Of a stretch of 64,000 nucleotides of DNA, positions 1 to 18,580 are shown piece after piece. A program made the translations under genes and the position numbers. Origin of the DNA: the human T2T-CHM13v2.0 reference genome, Homo sapiens; assembly GCF_009914755.1 (NCBI RefSeq), contig NC_060945.1, one strand, 5' to 3'. Within the stretch, counting starts at the first letter, position 1, and the number at the start of each line of letters is the position of its first letter. Below the pieces are notes generated by a model that saw only the letters and a list, made by a program, of their open reading frames with translations, searched no databases and was not told the origin of the DNA.

Positions 1-69
1 TACTCCTACACCCCTATAATAAACTCTTTTCCATAAAGCCTTTATATGATCTGTAAAATTCAAAAGTCC

Positions 70-305
70 ACATAGCCCAGTGGGTATGCAAGATTTGGAC
101 TCAGATTGTGTGAGTTCATATTCTGGCTCTGTCATTTATTAGAGATGCAAGTTTTGGAGACAAATTCTTAATTTTTCAAAACCTTCATTTTCTCACCAGG
201 AAATAATAATGTCTCAATAGATATATTACTCTGGGAAATACTCTGATATGAGTCAAGCACCTGGGCCAATGTTTGGTAAATGATACAACTTTAATAAAAG
301 TTAAT
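70..305 (+). mobile_element. MIR SINE (degenerate)
   Basis: ggactcagattgtgtgagttcatattctggctctgtcatttattag...ttcattttctcaccaggaaataataat follows the MIR consensus order; boundaries approximate. Confidence 0.65.
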
Positions 306-399
306 TAGGGGGTAAATTCAAAATGTTTCTTTCTGTACCTTAAATCCCTCCAAACTGCTTACCAAGAGTTTCTTCCATTGATCACATTACCAACCTTAG

Positions 400-862
400 T
401 CACATATGTTTTCTTTTGTTCCACAAATATTCAAGGGCTCTTCCTGCCTGAGAACTTTGCTCTTGTAGTCCCCTCTGCCTGGAGCATTCTTCTACCAGAT
501 CTTTTCATGGCTTACTCTTTTCTTCAGGCCTTACTTCAAATGCTATTTTTTCAAGTGTCTCAGTCTTGATCTCCTTGTCTATTAGTCATATTCCATGAGA
601 CATTATTATTTTTTCCTGTTTCAGTTTTAGAATAAATCGTATCACCATCTACAGTTGTCAGGCATATCAATTTGGGGCTTGTTTTCTGTCTACATTCTCC
701 AAGAATCTAAACTCCAAGGGAGCAGAACTTTGTCCATCTTCCTCCATCATTCCCTAGACTATGGAATTGCATGTCACATGGCAGAGGCTCCATAAATATT
801 TGTTGAAAGAATCCATATACGAAGGAAGAGTTCAGTAAAAAAAAAATGAATGAATGAATGAA
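400..862 (+). mobile_element. L2 LINE 3' end (L2a-like)
   Basis: ctttgctcttgtagtcccctctgcctggagcattcttc...ctccaagggagcagaactttgtc...ataaatatttgttgaa, ending in the (TGAA)n tail typical of L2. Confidence 0.75.
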
Positions 863-3049
863 TTTCATCCACAAGGACCTTGAAATTAATTAGTAATGCC
901 TTTGTGATTACCATCGGCAGTGCTCTGAGATGACAGTCTGGACATTGCTCCACTCAGAAATTCTGCTACACCCCAGCAGATTGCCTTTCTCAACTCTTTA
1001 AGAGCATGACCATGTTTATATATGATGTGCTGGGTATAATGAGAAATTTTACCACTTTGGGAAAATTTTGTGATAGCAACATTTCTATAAAACTAGAATA
1101 TCTAAACTTTGTAAAAGTAATATTGAAAAAATAGTTCATTTCCCAGTATGTATCCTCTATTGTCTTGATTAACAGGGTTTCAACTAGTGGAAATAATTTT
1201 TAGATGTATTCTGTCTTCAATTTCTGTCTTTCAATTTCTGCTGTTTGCAGAAAAAAAGGCATCTAGTTACTAAGAGGAGAAAATAAAAATTCCAAGGCAA
1301 GTGCATTATGTTGTTGCAAATATTTGTTCTGGTTTATTAGTACAGAAGTCAAATTTCTTGATAAGACCATATACTTTTGTATAGAAAACACTTAAATCAT
1401 TCACTTTGGAAAATGTATACAAATATCAGCTTTTCATTTTACGTGTATATAATGTAAATTTTTCTTCTGCTTATAGTATTTATTTAACTGATAGACTATT
1501 AAGCTATATGTGTTATGTATACACAATATACAATACTTAATGGCCAATTTTAGGTTTGCTTTTTTTTTTTTTTTTGGTCTTCTGTGAGTTACAGAGAATA
1601 TTTTCAGCATACTTAGGAGTTTCCAAAAATGTAAACAAAGAAGAAGATGAATTTTGTTTAAGAAAATTCAAATACCTATTGAATGACTAATCAATTAGCT
1701 TTAGAGAAGGATATGAAACATATGTCCCTTATGATAAGATTGCTTTGCCAGGCTTCTAAAGAACAAGTATTATTCTTCATAATAACTTAAGTACAGAAGT
1801 GCCAGAGAACAGTTCGTACACTAGCAAACTTCCATGTTTACCTTAGTATAATGGCTCTCTATTTTTAAAAGTATTTTATACTGGGCCCCTGTCAGGCACT
1901 TAAGCTTTCAATAGAAATAATTCTCTTCAAAGATATCTTTTTCTGTTGTTTTGTTCTTCGTGCAGTACAATTGACTTGCTTTATTGAGACAAATATGATT
2001 TTAATTGTTTTTGTTACAAAAAATAACAGATTTCTTAGTATTTGGGTGTATAAATTAAAATATGGTCAGATGATCTGATGATATTTTTGAGATATATTTA
2101 TTTACTACATTTCCAGTCTATAAGAACATAAAAGAATTACTGGCTTGCAAGAATAATATTTTGAAGGTATTTTTAGAATTTTAAATTGTTAGAATAATGT
2201 GATGATTCAAAAAAAGGCACTCTATGTTCTCATATAGCAGATATCTCATTAAATAGTTTTATTTGTTGCTTCAAGAATTTTAAATCATAGTTACATTGAA
2301 GTTCTTGATGAAGATAATATGTTTTAAGGCCATATATTACTATATAAAGTAATAAAGTTTATTACTTAAAGTTCTATACTTTTTTATATAGTATTATAAT
2401 AGTATTATATAGTAATATATGGTATATATAGTAATAAATAAGTATAGAGCTTATAGAACAAAGTAATTCTTATGCTATATGTTTATATTTTGAATGCTTG
2501 ATTCAGAACTTGACCCATACTTTGAAAAATTAAGAAATATATTTTTAAGAAATATGATTATCTTAAATTCACATTTCTGTATTGTGACTATTTTTTAAAA
2601 TAACGAACTCGATAGATCCTGCTGTTTAGCTAAAGTGCTGGGTTGGAAAGGATGTCTCATCTTTTTACTTACAAATGTCAGAATTAGTGTGGGTGATTGT
2701 AGTAATCATTGAAAATCTTATGTAAAAGAAGCCATCATTTTCTATTGAAATAAATAAGTAACATGGGTATCATTTTGGTATGTTTTTTCAGCCATGACTA
2801 ATCATAGCTAATTTATAAATTTATATCATTTTAATCATTTCAGTACTAGAGTGAAGAATATGTTTTGTAAAGGTTAAACATAAGAAAATTAGTAAAGTTG
2901 ATAAGTGTATTTATCTAAATGTATTACTTTTAATTGTAGTATATTAGTAATTTTAGTAATTATAGTATATTAATGGACTTATTTAATTACTTATTACCCC
3001 TAACAGAGTAATTATAGTAAGTATAACAGAAAAAATTGAAAGTAATGAC

Positions 3050-3170
3050 CAGCAACACTAGTTGCTCTGTAAAAAATTGCCTATATTAAGCATTTTAATT
3101 CTCACAAAAATCTTGTGAGATAAGTTCATTATTGTACCACGTATACATGAGGACAGTATTAATAAGTAAC
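3050..3170 (-). mobile_element. MIR fragment
   Basis: ttttaattctcacaaaaatcttgtgagataagttcattattgtaccacgtatacatgagg resembles the reverse-complement MIR core. Confidence 0.55.
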
Positions 3171-6100
3171 TTATCAAAGATGATATTGCTTACATTTTAA
3201 TATAATTGGGATGTGATCACAGCCCTCAATATATATCAGATATAAGTATATAATATGTGATATACCTGCATGTTTTAAAATCCGACATATGTTTGTATTT
3301 ATTTTATACATACATGCTCTTCTAATATTTTCTATATGTACATACATTTTTGGCAAATATAAACATACACATATACACTTAAAAACAAAGAGAAGATAAT
3401 TTTTATATTTTACATATTTTACAAAAATATATTTGTCACTCTATGATTGAAGGTAGAATGCAACAGATACAAGCTTTAAGTTAAATTGCAAATAAACCAC
3501 AACTTATTGTTATTCACCAATCTAACAATTAGCTTGTTGAATAATTTAAAATTATAGTTGGCCATAACAATGCTAGCTAGTCTTAAATAAATGGCTTGAA
3601 AACATACATGGTTCCAGATATTACAATAGGAAATCTGGTGCTACATTTCATAGATCATCCAGTAGAGGATTCAAACTGCTGTCTTTTTCGTTGTTGTTCT
3701 CTAAGAAGACTGGCAAACGAACTGCATATCAGGGCCTAAAACTGAAATTTCTTGTTCATATTTCAATTCCTTGTATTAAATTACATAATAAGGATAATTG
3801 TTAGTGATAGCTAGGAGAATGCAACAGATATTTCTTGTTCTTTAAATACTTCATAAACACACATGTTTCTATTACTTTTTTTCTATTTTGGAGTTTACAT
3901 TTGCTATTAATGCTTTACTTTCTGTTGAGATCTCTTAAAAAGTAAATTCAATGGAACAATTTCTGGGACATACATATGCTACTAAAGTTCACTGAATATC
4001 TGAATCTACTAATAACTAGGGATAAAACTGAAAACATGTTATCAGAGAATAAATGTGAAAATGCAAGACCTACATTTTAATACTTCATTCTTTCCAACTT
4101 TCAAGTCATGGCTAAATCTTATTTAATATAAATTGATACAGAGCAAAGAAAATCAATTAAGTGTTACATTTTACTTTATGAAAAGACAAAACTTTGATAT
4201 CAAATATTATCATTTACCATAAAATTAAATATAGACTACTTAACCAAATATTAAAAAACAAAGAATATCACACACAATAGAGTTTATGATAGTAATATAA
4301 ATATGATGGGGTTATTAATATATTAATATGTTATAATATGAGTGAATTTGATGATATATTTATATATTGCCCACATTCTTAGAAAATTAGGATGAAAATA
4401 AATTCTTCAAAGGTAAAATGTAATTATATAAAGCAAGCAGCTTACATCACATTTACTATAAAAATGATAGAATGGCCTCTCCCAATAAGTTTTTGTGGAA
4501 TGCAATTTGTCCAAAAAATTAATAAATTATCACAAATAAATTATCAATTACATACTAATACTGATTTTATTTTATTTTCCTTTTTTCAAAATAAACTTGA
4601 TAAACTTTTTTGATAAACTTCTCCATGATAAATATGCAGGGCTTAAAACTAAAATTACTTCTTTATCTCTATTCTGTTTCTAATTTCTGTTTTTAACTAC
4701 ATAATTTATCGAAGTTTGTTAGAGAAATTCCAAATGAATAGAGCAACAGTGGAAATTGCATGGGTGAAGTGAGACAGACATCCCCCATGTATTACTCCAA
4801 AACAGTAAATATCCCTGACTGTGCCCCCAAAATAAAGGAACTTCATAACCCTAGACTCCCAACAAACTTGTGTGTTTTAACTTAGAGTTTTCACAAAAAG
4901 TAATTAATTATAAGGAAATAATTCATAGGCTTCTATCTGAACTTCAAAAATAATAATTTAACATAAACATAATATTTTAAAATATATATCTCATGATTAT
5001 ATAATAACATATTCTTCCATTAACATCCTCCTTTAGAGTTGTTATGAGCTTGTTTGTTTCCTCTGTAACAAAAGTTCCATCCCTGCTCCTGGGATAACCA
5101 GAGAAACACATGTTTTGGAGAACCAAAGCTACCTATTTGAAAGACAAATGCATAGCACAACACCAGGCGAGGACACAGGCTGCATTGCAGGTTCTAACAG
5201 CTCACCCCACCAAGCTCGGTGGGGCAGTTCACAAGCAGCCATGGCACTGCTGGTGCCTTGCATTGGCATACATTTGCCTCTCTCCCGTGGCTTATGTTCA
5301 CATCCTGCTCCTTAACTGTGCTCATGATGGATATTGCTCAATACTTCCGGGACTGAGTGTACTCCTGATTTTAGTACTTTTTGAAATCATTCACTTAGTG
5401 TCAATAAAATATAACTTTACTTTGTAATATTTATATTATAGAAAAAAGTACAGGTGAAACTACATGATTTAGTGAAAATGATATAACTTAGAAGCAATTG
5501 AAAAACTTTATTATTCTAGCAATATAAATTTTTTAAAAAGCTCCCTGTTTTATATTCTAGAAAATGCAGTTTCCTAGAGTGTTTTTAATCTGGATTTTGA
5601 AGGGCATTGGTGACAATGAATGTCTATATCTATTAGGATTCAAACTATTATTTGTTCTAATTAACCTGAGGTTTCCTGTCATATGGTGTGCTTTCTCAGA
5701 GGAAAAAAATTTGTACATTGTCTTCTGGAAGAGAAATGTGCTCAAAGATATCGTATTTTCCCAAGCAAACATTAAGAAAAGTCTTAACAATAATTACAGG
5801 GAATGGTAAACACAACTACATGGATAGTGCTGTCAAAGTCACAAATTCATTCATTAATAAGTACTCTGGAAGTTACATTGCTCCTGTAAGAAAGCAAAAC
5901 AAGATTTTATTAAAAATTAGAAAACTTTGGTTAAAGAAAAGAGAAGCATCATTTTTTTCTCATCAAAATATAACTAAATTCTTTGAGTTTGACAATTGTA
6001 AAGTATTCTGTAAAGTTTTGTAGGTTTTATGTTATTTAGATATAATATCTGAATATAATTTTAATTGTTTATACATTATTTAAACCTTAAAAACAATGTC

Positions 6101-6911
6101 AATGTAAACATTATTCATGGATCACAGAACTAAAAGAGCTCAATCTTGTTGGAAAACTCACTTATTTTCAGTTGTTGGCTTATCTTTATATCACTTTTTA
6201 CAAATAAATAAGTTTTAGTATGATCCATTATTAATTTTTTCAAGATCTTTTCTTAATTGTCTGACTGATTTGAAAAGAAGATACCCATAAATTAGCATTG
6301 CCTGCTTGATGAAACATAAGAGTGATCTTAAATGTTGCTTAAGGTACTGATGTAATTTCCAGACTTTTTCAAGATAACCAGATGTATTTGTACAAAAGGA
6401 TAATAAATCTCTCCACTTTCATTACTGAGAAAGAGATTGCTGAAGCTGTTCTAGTATGTTAGCTGATTTCGCATAGTTAAATGGTGGAATAATTTTATTA
6501 CTATGTCACCTTTTCCTAGAAAGGTGTATCATTGTATTTTAAAGCTCAAGTAACATTCAGATTGTAAAAAGGGTTACTTGTCTTCCAAAATAATGAAAGC
6601 GTAAATTCTGTTTTTCAGCATGGAAAAAAGTTTAATATTAGGCAGCAGGCATCTGTTAAACAAAATGTACTTTTATGCAATTTTACAAATGTGCTAGGCA
6701 GGACAAAAATAAAATTAGTATGCCAGAACTGTTCATGTTACCTTTCTGCCACTAACATAGGCAGAATACCTACGAAGGTATATTTAATGTTGAACCAACA
6801 ATTACTCTCTTGACTTTCTTATGCAATTCCCACTTCTATGGAAAAACCTTTCCTCCTTCATATTGACTTTTGATTTTCTCCTTTTATCGCCTGCTACTCT
6901 TTAAAAATGCT

Positions 6912-11055
<4,144 letters not shown>

Positions 11056-12769
11056 AAAAATGCTTGTGAAAAGTGTGCCAGCCTATTATCTAAGCAGGCA
11101 GGTAGCACTAATTCTCTGGGAAGGAGGTAGTTGAGTGAAAAGATGTAGGTTTCTGCTTCTTTGATGTATAGTTAGCTGATGTTCAACCAAGGGTTTTTGT
11201 GGGTGTGTGTTTCATTTTGAACTAAAAATCATCATTTTACAAGTATATCCAATTTCCCTTGATATTGAAAAGTGAGATGAGAAAATGGATCAAAATGAAA
11301 TAATAAACAAAATCACAAATGGGAAATGAAAATTTAAACGTGAAGTATTTCATCTTTTAATTCCTTGGCTATGTGGCTAACGGGGACTTTGTGTTCCCCG
11401 CAGTCTCAAAGATTGTACACGTCTTTGATATTATGCTAAATAAATATCCCCAGGTAATCAGCATATGAAATACTATTTCTGTTAGATTATAAATTTTAGC
11501 ACTTTTATATAAGAGGTACTTGATATTTTAGTCAATGGCCAGCTCACTGAGCAATATTCCTTTCACTCTCTCATCATGTTTTAAGCTGTTATTGTCTAGC
11601 TTAGGCAATCAATAATTGATCTCAATAATTCGGCTATCTACTTAGTCATAGAGCAGCAATCTGAAGTGAGGATATATTTCTACTGAAACTCTTGACTATG
11701 GCCCATGGGGCAGTGATTTTAATGTCAGTTCCATGCTTGATGAAACAAGTGCTCTTTGGTGAGCTGAACTCTTTTAATGAGATTATTTGTAAGTATAATG
11801 GGGAGTGTGGAAACGTGCCAATTGAGGAGTCAATGGAAGAGGAATAATAAGAATAATGAGAGAGAAACAGGTAAAGCCAAGGAAACTGGGCATATTGAGA
11901 ACTCTGCAAAATCAAGTGAGTGAATTATGGCTGTGAGAGGACGTCTAATGGTAATTATTGATGTGTTTTATACCCCAGAGTGTGAAAGTCACTTTATGCA
12001 TTCTCTTTTTGATAATTAAGAGTAATTTATAGGCTTTCCACCTTTCCTGTTTCCAGTGGCAAGCCTCCAGATGCCTTCTGGACTAGCACACTGCAGTGTG
12101 AAGTGGCAACGAAACAAGCCCTCAATAAGAGTGCTCAAATTCCTAAGTTATTTCTATCAAATACATGTGTTGTTAAGTAATTGTTATATTTTGGTTTTAT
12201 TTAGCATATTCTTTTTAGTAGGGATATTAAACTGTATTTGATGATAGTTTGTGTTTATGCATTTTCTTCATGGGAACATAAAGAATCTAACTTTGACAGA
12301 ACTGGAGAATAAATATCTGTAATAATAATTTACTGATATCTGCACTTGTATTTCTATTTCCTGAGGGTTTAGGCAGATAGATCTTTGAGAAACATATAGT
12401 GCAGATCTTTTCAGCATTTGTATCTCTTATAGATGATCGTTTTATTATTGCTGTGGTTGTCAAACTAATTATTTTCCCACATCCACAACTCAAAATATGG
12501 CATGTTTTAAGATGATGATAATTAGTATAGTTTTACATTTTTACAGTGGACAAAGGAGGAAATTGAATGAAGGAGGAAATTAGAGTGACGTAACAAATAA
12601 GACTAAAACCTGTTGTTTACTGCTATTAAAAACATGGAAAATGTATCTAGAGTAGGAAAGCAATGCCAATATAAAGGTAGGTTCTGTTGCTGTTTGCTTA
12701 TTTTTAAATTTCTCTGCATAGTTGATTAGTGTCAATGGGGTCAAATATGAAGTTAAAATACTATTTCTA

Positions 12770-12885
12770 ATGTTACATTTGAATATTAGATGAATGGGTT
12801 AATCTTCATGAACTTTAGTTACCATTTCTTTGAAGTGAAGATTCTTACCTATTTCATAGATTTTTCACATGCACGTAATATGAGA
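12770..12885 (+). mobile_element. MIR fragment
   Basis: ggttaatcttcatgaactttagttaccatttctttgaagtgaagattcttacctatttcatag is MIR-core-like. Confidence 0.45.
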
Positions 12886-13137
12886 TGCTCACTATTTGAT
12901 TTCCATCCCTCTCCATACACTTGTTTCTCCGTTTCTCTGCCTCTTCTCTGACCCATCACATTCCCTATAATAACAACTTGACAAATGTCATCAGTCTTAC
13001 CTATGCCCCATGTTTTCATTGATCTCGATGCTCAATTTTACCCACATATCACTGTCAACATTTAAAACAGCACATCGTAAAGGCAGAAGCCAACACACAC
13101 ATGTACATTTTCCCACGTCTTTAATAGGTAAAATGTG

Positions 13138-13534
13138 TGATATAGTTTGTATGTGTGTCCCTGCCCCAGTTTCATATTGAAATATAATCCCCAACGTTGG
13201 TGGGAGGTGATTGGATTATGGGGGCAGATTGCTCATGAATGTGTTAGCACCATCTCATGTAGTACTGCTCTGGCAATAGTGAGTGAGTTGTCCTGAAATC
13301 TGAATGATCTCCTCCCTTGCTCTTCCATGCTCCTGCTTTTGCCATATGATATGCAAGCTCACACTTTGCTTTCCACCGTGACTGGAAGCCTCCTGAGGCC
13401 TCCCCAAAAGCCAAACAGATGTTGCAATGCTTCCTGTACAGCCTGCAGAACTGTGATCCAATTAAACCTATTTTCATTATGAATTTCCAAGTCCCAGGTA
13501 TTTTTTATAGCCAATGTGAAAACAGACTAATAAA
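13138..13534 (+). mobile_element. ERVL-MaLR solo LTR (MSTB-like)
   Basis: tgatatagtttg start; gggaggtgattggattatggggg; gaagcctcctgaggcctcccc; atgcttcctgtacagcctgcagaactgtga..caattaaacct; ends gactaata. Confidence 0.9.
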
Positions 13535-15377
13535 ACATGTTTAACTTATGGTGAATAAAGAACACCTAATATCTTGTTACAAGGCAGGAAGGAGAATGTA
13601 GAATCTGTGGGGTCTATCTCACTCTAGAATTCACAAGAATAATCTTGGTGTCAGATGAGTCCCCATTTCTAAATGACTCTGGTATTTTACTTCCTAGAGC
13701 ACTGTACTTACACTTTTGTTGTCATTTGATCAATATAAAGGCAAAACTTCACATTTTTAGCTATAGTTTTCATTTGCAAGAATATTACATAAAATCAGAC
13801 TTTAGTCTCTTCAGTCAGTAAATACAAATTGAAATCTATGGACACCTGGGAAAACTACAGATATATTTAAGGAATTTAAAGAAATGTTTCCCTTCAAAGT
13901 GTCTCTGTGTTACTCATATTTAAGATACACTTCTCTAATTTGTTGCTTTGGAAAAATCCCATTAAATACACACTAAAGTTTTATAATAAGATTTGATAAT
14001 TTATATATATATATATATAGCACCTTAATAAAGTTGGTCCATCCTGTTTATTGAGATCAAAGTCATATGCAATTTATTCCCTCATTTCTGTCTTCCAGTA
14101 GTCCACCCTGTAAAAGAATGTGTATACATATCTGTTTATTTTTAAAATGGCACCAACAGAGAATCATTTTCTTTCAAGATAATGGTCAAATAGCACATTG
14201 GTGTTTTAGCACTACAATCTAAGTGGTTTTTTAATAAATAAAATTAATTACATGGGTGCTACACATGACATTCCTATACACAGGTTTTCCATATTTAACA
14301 ATCAATTTAACATGTTTTTACTATATATTAAATATGTTAAGCCCTATACAATGACTTATATTATAAATTAAAACATTGAGTTTAACTGAGCTTTTGAAAT
14401 CATACGAAATATTCTTGAGAATGCTGATTATAACTTTCTAATTTATCCACAATACATTTAATTTTTGAAAGTACTGGAAATCTGCATATAATAACTGTAA
14501 GTCAAAGGAATATAGCATATTATGAAGTCTGGCTAATTTATCATAGGCAGTTATATCAAGAACATCAGATCATTTCATTCTTACCAATACAGAATGAACA
14601 TTTTTTGTAAATGCATTATGCTTTCTTCCACATTATTTTTCGGAAGAGCCACAGTGAGCTTAAATCTTTAAAAAAAATGCCATGTCGCAAAAGGAAGAGG
14701 AAGATTTGAACTGTGTCAGCTATACTATAAAAACCCTTTTGATCAGATAGTCTCTCAATTTTTGTAAATTCAACATTCTGAGCTTTAATTAACAGAAAAT
14801 ATGACATCCTAATACTGAAAACGTTTTATCATGTTGAAAATGCCCTTGAAGACTTAAAAAAATGACTTTGGAATTCTTACATATTTTCAGAGAAATAAAG
14901 CTGTTAAAGCAACTATATCTGGTTATTTGGCATGTTGTCTCAAATTGGAAACAACTTTCCAATTTAATAAATCATTTTTCAAAATTCCACATAAAATCTA
15001 TTATCTGAATTGCAGGAGAAAATAAAAATGTATTTAAAAATAAGAGTAGGCACCATAGCAATGACTGGATATGATAATGAGACCATGAGAATAATTTGTC
15101 GTGAAGTGTCACCAACCACCTTCAGGTTCCTATTGATTCCTTTTTACCATTGACTCTAGGTAAACGTGGGAGGACAGTCTCTACACATGGAAAATGCCAG
15201 TGTGGGTGGATAACTGCTTTACGATTGTGCAGATCATTGAAATCTAACATCAAAACTGTTTCTGTTTTTGTTCTTTTCCTTCATTTATTCAGATAATTCA
15301 ATGTATTCAAAAATAATATTTTCCTGAGCACCAAGATAGATGTTTATCATATGATCAAGAAAATAAGGCAGAATTCC

Positions 15378-15381
15378 TATA

Positions 15382-15421
<40 letters not shown>
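15378..15421. repeat. (TG)n(TA)n microsatellite
   Basis: Directly visible. Confidence 0.95.
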
Positions 15422-15422
<1 letters not shown>

Positions 15423-16980
15423 CATCTTGTTGCCTATAGTCCATAGAGTAAAATAAATAATTTTTTGAGTTTGTTATAATAGTAATAATAATATAATTTT
15501 GTATGAGAATTCGAGAATTTTACAAACAGAGAAAATTTAATTTCTTACTTTGGTACACATTCAATGTTAAAAATAAGTGTTTAATATCAGTATGATTAAC
15601 TTCAAACTTTTGTTGATGAAGATAATTTAATGATTTACAAATTTATTTTTGATAGTCTGTGAACTTATTTCTATTATATTTCTGCTTTTGATTTTCACAG
15701 ACAAGTTGGTTACTTAGCTTTAGGCTAACATTTAACCTAAACATTATTATTATGGATGGTCTAGAAAGACTTTTTTCATTACAAAGAAAAGAAATGAGAA
15801 ATTTAGATTATCTTCAAGTACCCTTGATAATAAAAAATTATATTTGCTCCAATTTTTTAATTTTGAAGCACTTATTATTTGAAACTTCAGCAAAGTTCAG
15901 AGCAGATTGTGACAAAAGTCTATTTTCATAAAAACTTGCTATTTGCTTTTTTGATGGTGTTTTCCAACTATTAAAAACTGTACAAATAAATAAATATTAT
16001 TTAAAAAGAAATTTAACCTCCACATCCACATCTTCATACACACACACATACACACACACATATATAATACTTATATACACATACATACATGCACATGAAT
16101 TCAAAACACAGACTTTTAATATGATTGAATAATTTTATAGACATACAGTATCAACACTAACCAATAATAAAGCCTGTTTTTTATTCCTTATACAGTATGT
16201 ATCTAAAAATTAGAATGAAAACTGCGTATTTAGTGAAGTAATTCTATCATTAGCCATAGCCCACGTGGATGACTCAGTGCGGTAAAGATCAATAACAGAT
16301 GGCCAATTATAGCCCAAGCAAAACAGTTAAATTCTCCCAGCAGAGCTTTTGGCTTAGCCAGTGTATAAACTGTCTTAGTTTCTTTGGAATAAAAATTTAC
16401 TCAATACAATTTTACAGGTGTGTAGAAAGTGGATTTCCCAAGAGTACTATATTTGCCTGGTCAAATTCAGAGCAAAGAAAAATGGTATAGATTTAGGAAT
16501 TCTGCATATGTTGTTCTAATCACCTTTATTTCAATTATAAACCCAGGGTTTGGTAAATTTATTCATTTGGTGAATCATCAGTAAAAACAAAAAAATCAAA
16601 CAAAAATTCCTGGTCAAATTTTGCAGCTCTGTGAGAACTTCTCTCTGAGGTTCTATATGAAAGCAAGAGAAGGAAATTATTGAGATCAATTTTATGAAGT
16701 TGTGTTTTTTTCCTAAGCAATATTATTTAAATGTAAGAACATTGCTCCCTAGAGCATTCTAGGAGCCAGTCATAAGTATTAGAGAGCAGAGTCATGGGCT
16801 AATCATAAGTATAGTGGGGTTCAAATAAGAATCAAGAATAAATATATAAGCGAAGTTATTAAGGTAAGGGAGATTATTTGGGTCATAAAGAAAATCCAAC
16901 AATTAAATTATGAAACGTTTAAAATTTAAGAATAACTGATACAATATTCAGTAGTCTTCTCTCTGAAAGTATAACATTTA

Positions 16981-17082
16981 ATGTAGATATAATTCATGAT
17001 AGATATAATTCATGTAGACGTAATTCATGATAAATGTAGATTTAATTCATTATATCATGTAGATATAATTCATGATAAATGT
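16981..17082. repeat. Degenerate minisatellite with core atgtagatataattcatga
   Basis: About five imperfect copies of tagatataattcat. Confidence 0.8.
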
Positions 17083-18293
17083 TGGCACCCAATATTTAAT
17101 TTATATTTTATTATATTTAATTTATATTTTTACTGTTACTTTTTTGTCTTAAGATTTATATTGACAGCTAGAAAGTATAATAGTATACTCATCTCATTTT
17201 ATATAACAGTTTCAGAAACAGATGAAAAAGTTCAGATAAGCTGATTTATATAAACATCTAGGAGATGTACATGGATTTTAATTTTTTATATGTTAGCAAA
17301 ACAATCAATATTTTTATTTAGTTTCTATTCTAATAAAATACCATAGACAAATATGTAGGTTTCTATTAGTTTTTATGTTGGGAAGAGAATTAGAGCCACC
17401 ATCAAGAGAGATTTTCCTGCTTAATTTTCCTGAATGGATATGTGTAAAAACACTGATTGACACGAGTCTATTCAAATCACAAATGGAATTTTAAGATCTC
17501 ACTCACAGACACATTTCTGGCCCCAACATGACTGCTGTTCTTCAGTAGCCATTCAGAGTTTATCAAACCATACATATAGATCAAGGAGAGAAGGACCCTT
17601 TGCTCAGGAGAAATTCCAATGTATCTTGTCTTCTGTGATACTTCACTTTATCTCATTATATTAAAAAATATGGTTCATGGGGAACATGTGTAGATTTCTG
17701 ATGATCTCACTACAGAATCTGTGGTGCTATAGTTTACAGTCTTCCCTATATATTTACTGGGAAGGCAGTCACCTTCTGTTTGAGTTAGTACCTCAACACT
17801 AAGCAGATGCAAATATGTGGATTATTTAAAAATTTAATATCAATCAATAATAATTAATACATAGTTTACAAAGAATAACTTAATAATATGTCAATAATAA
17901 ATAACATAAAGTAAACACATACACATACATGTGCACACACACATTCTCCATTCTACAGTCCATATCTGGATTCTAGATTCTGAAGAAAAGAAATCCATTT
18001 GTGTGAAGCAGGGTAACTGTGCAGTACAGTCATTACTACTGCAACTCACTGCTTCTGAGGCTGCAGTTTTACTACTTGCCTGAATCCAGTGAGACAGAAC
18101 ACTTAAACGCACTACGATTTACATGATGTGGGTTCTTTACTTACAGAGAGACAGCAAGGAGCAACAGAAGCCTAGGATTCATCAGGAGCCAGTCCCACAG
18201 GATCAGGAAAGCTTCTGGGGCAGGTGGAGTCTCATGTGCATGTGCTCCACTTGCACCAAAGCTGAAGGACCCTGGAAAGTATTCCATGGTAGG

Positions 18294-18580
18294 TTTTTTT
18301 TTTTTTTTTTAGATGGAGTCTCACTCTGTCGCCCAGGCTGGAGTGTAGTGGTGCAATCTCGGCTCACTGCAACGTCCGCCTCCCAGGTTCAAGCGAGGAT
18401 TGAACCTGCCTCAGCCTCCCGAGTAGCTGGGATTACAGGTGCCCGCCACCACGCCCAGCTAAATTTTGTATTTTCTTTTTTTTAGTAGAGACACTATGTT
18501 GGCTAGGCTGGTCTTGAACTCCTGACCTCAAGTGATCCACCTGCCTCAGCCTCCCAAAGTGCTGGGATTACAGGCCCAGC
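18294..18580 (-). mobile_element. AluS (Sx/Sz-like) with small internal deletions
   Basis: Poly-T followed by reverse-complement Alu dimer; degenerate TSD ccatggtaggtttt / ccatgctgggtttt. Confidence 0.95.

Noticed and set aside
5110-6023. ORFs of 105 and 111 aa in unique sequence
   Set aside because: No recognisable domain or convincing splice-site framing; lengths are compatible with chance
16266-16290. tRNA/LF-SINE-like A-box (tggatgactcagtgcggtaa)
   Set aside because: No downstream B-box or cloverleaf
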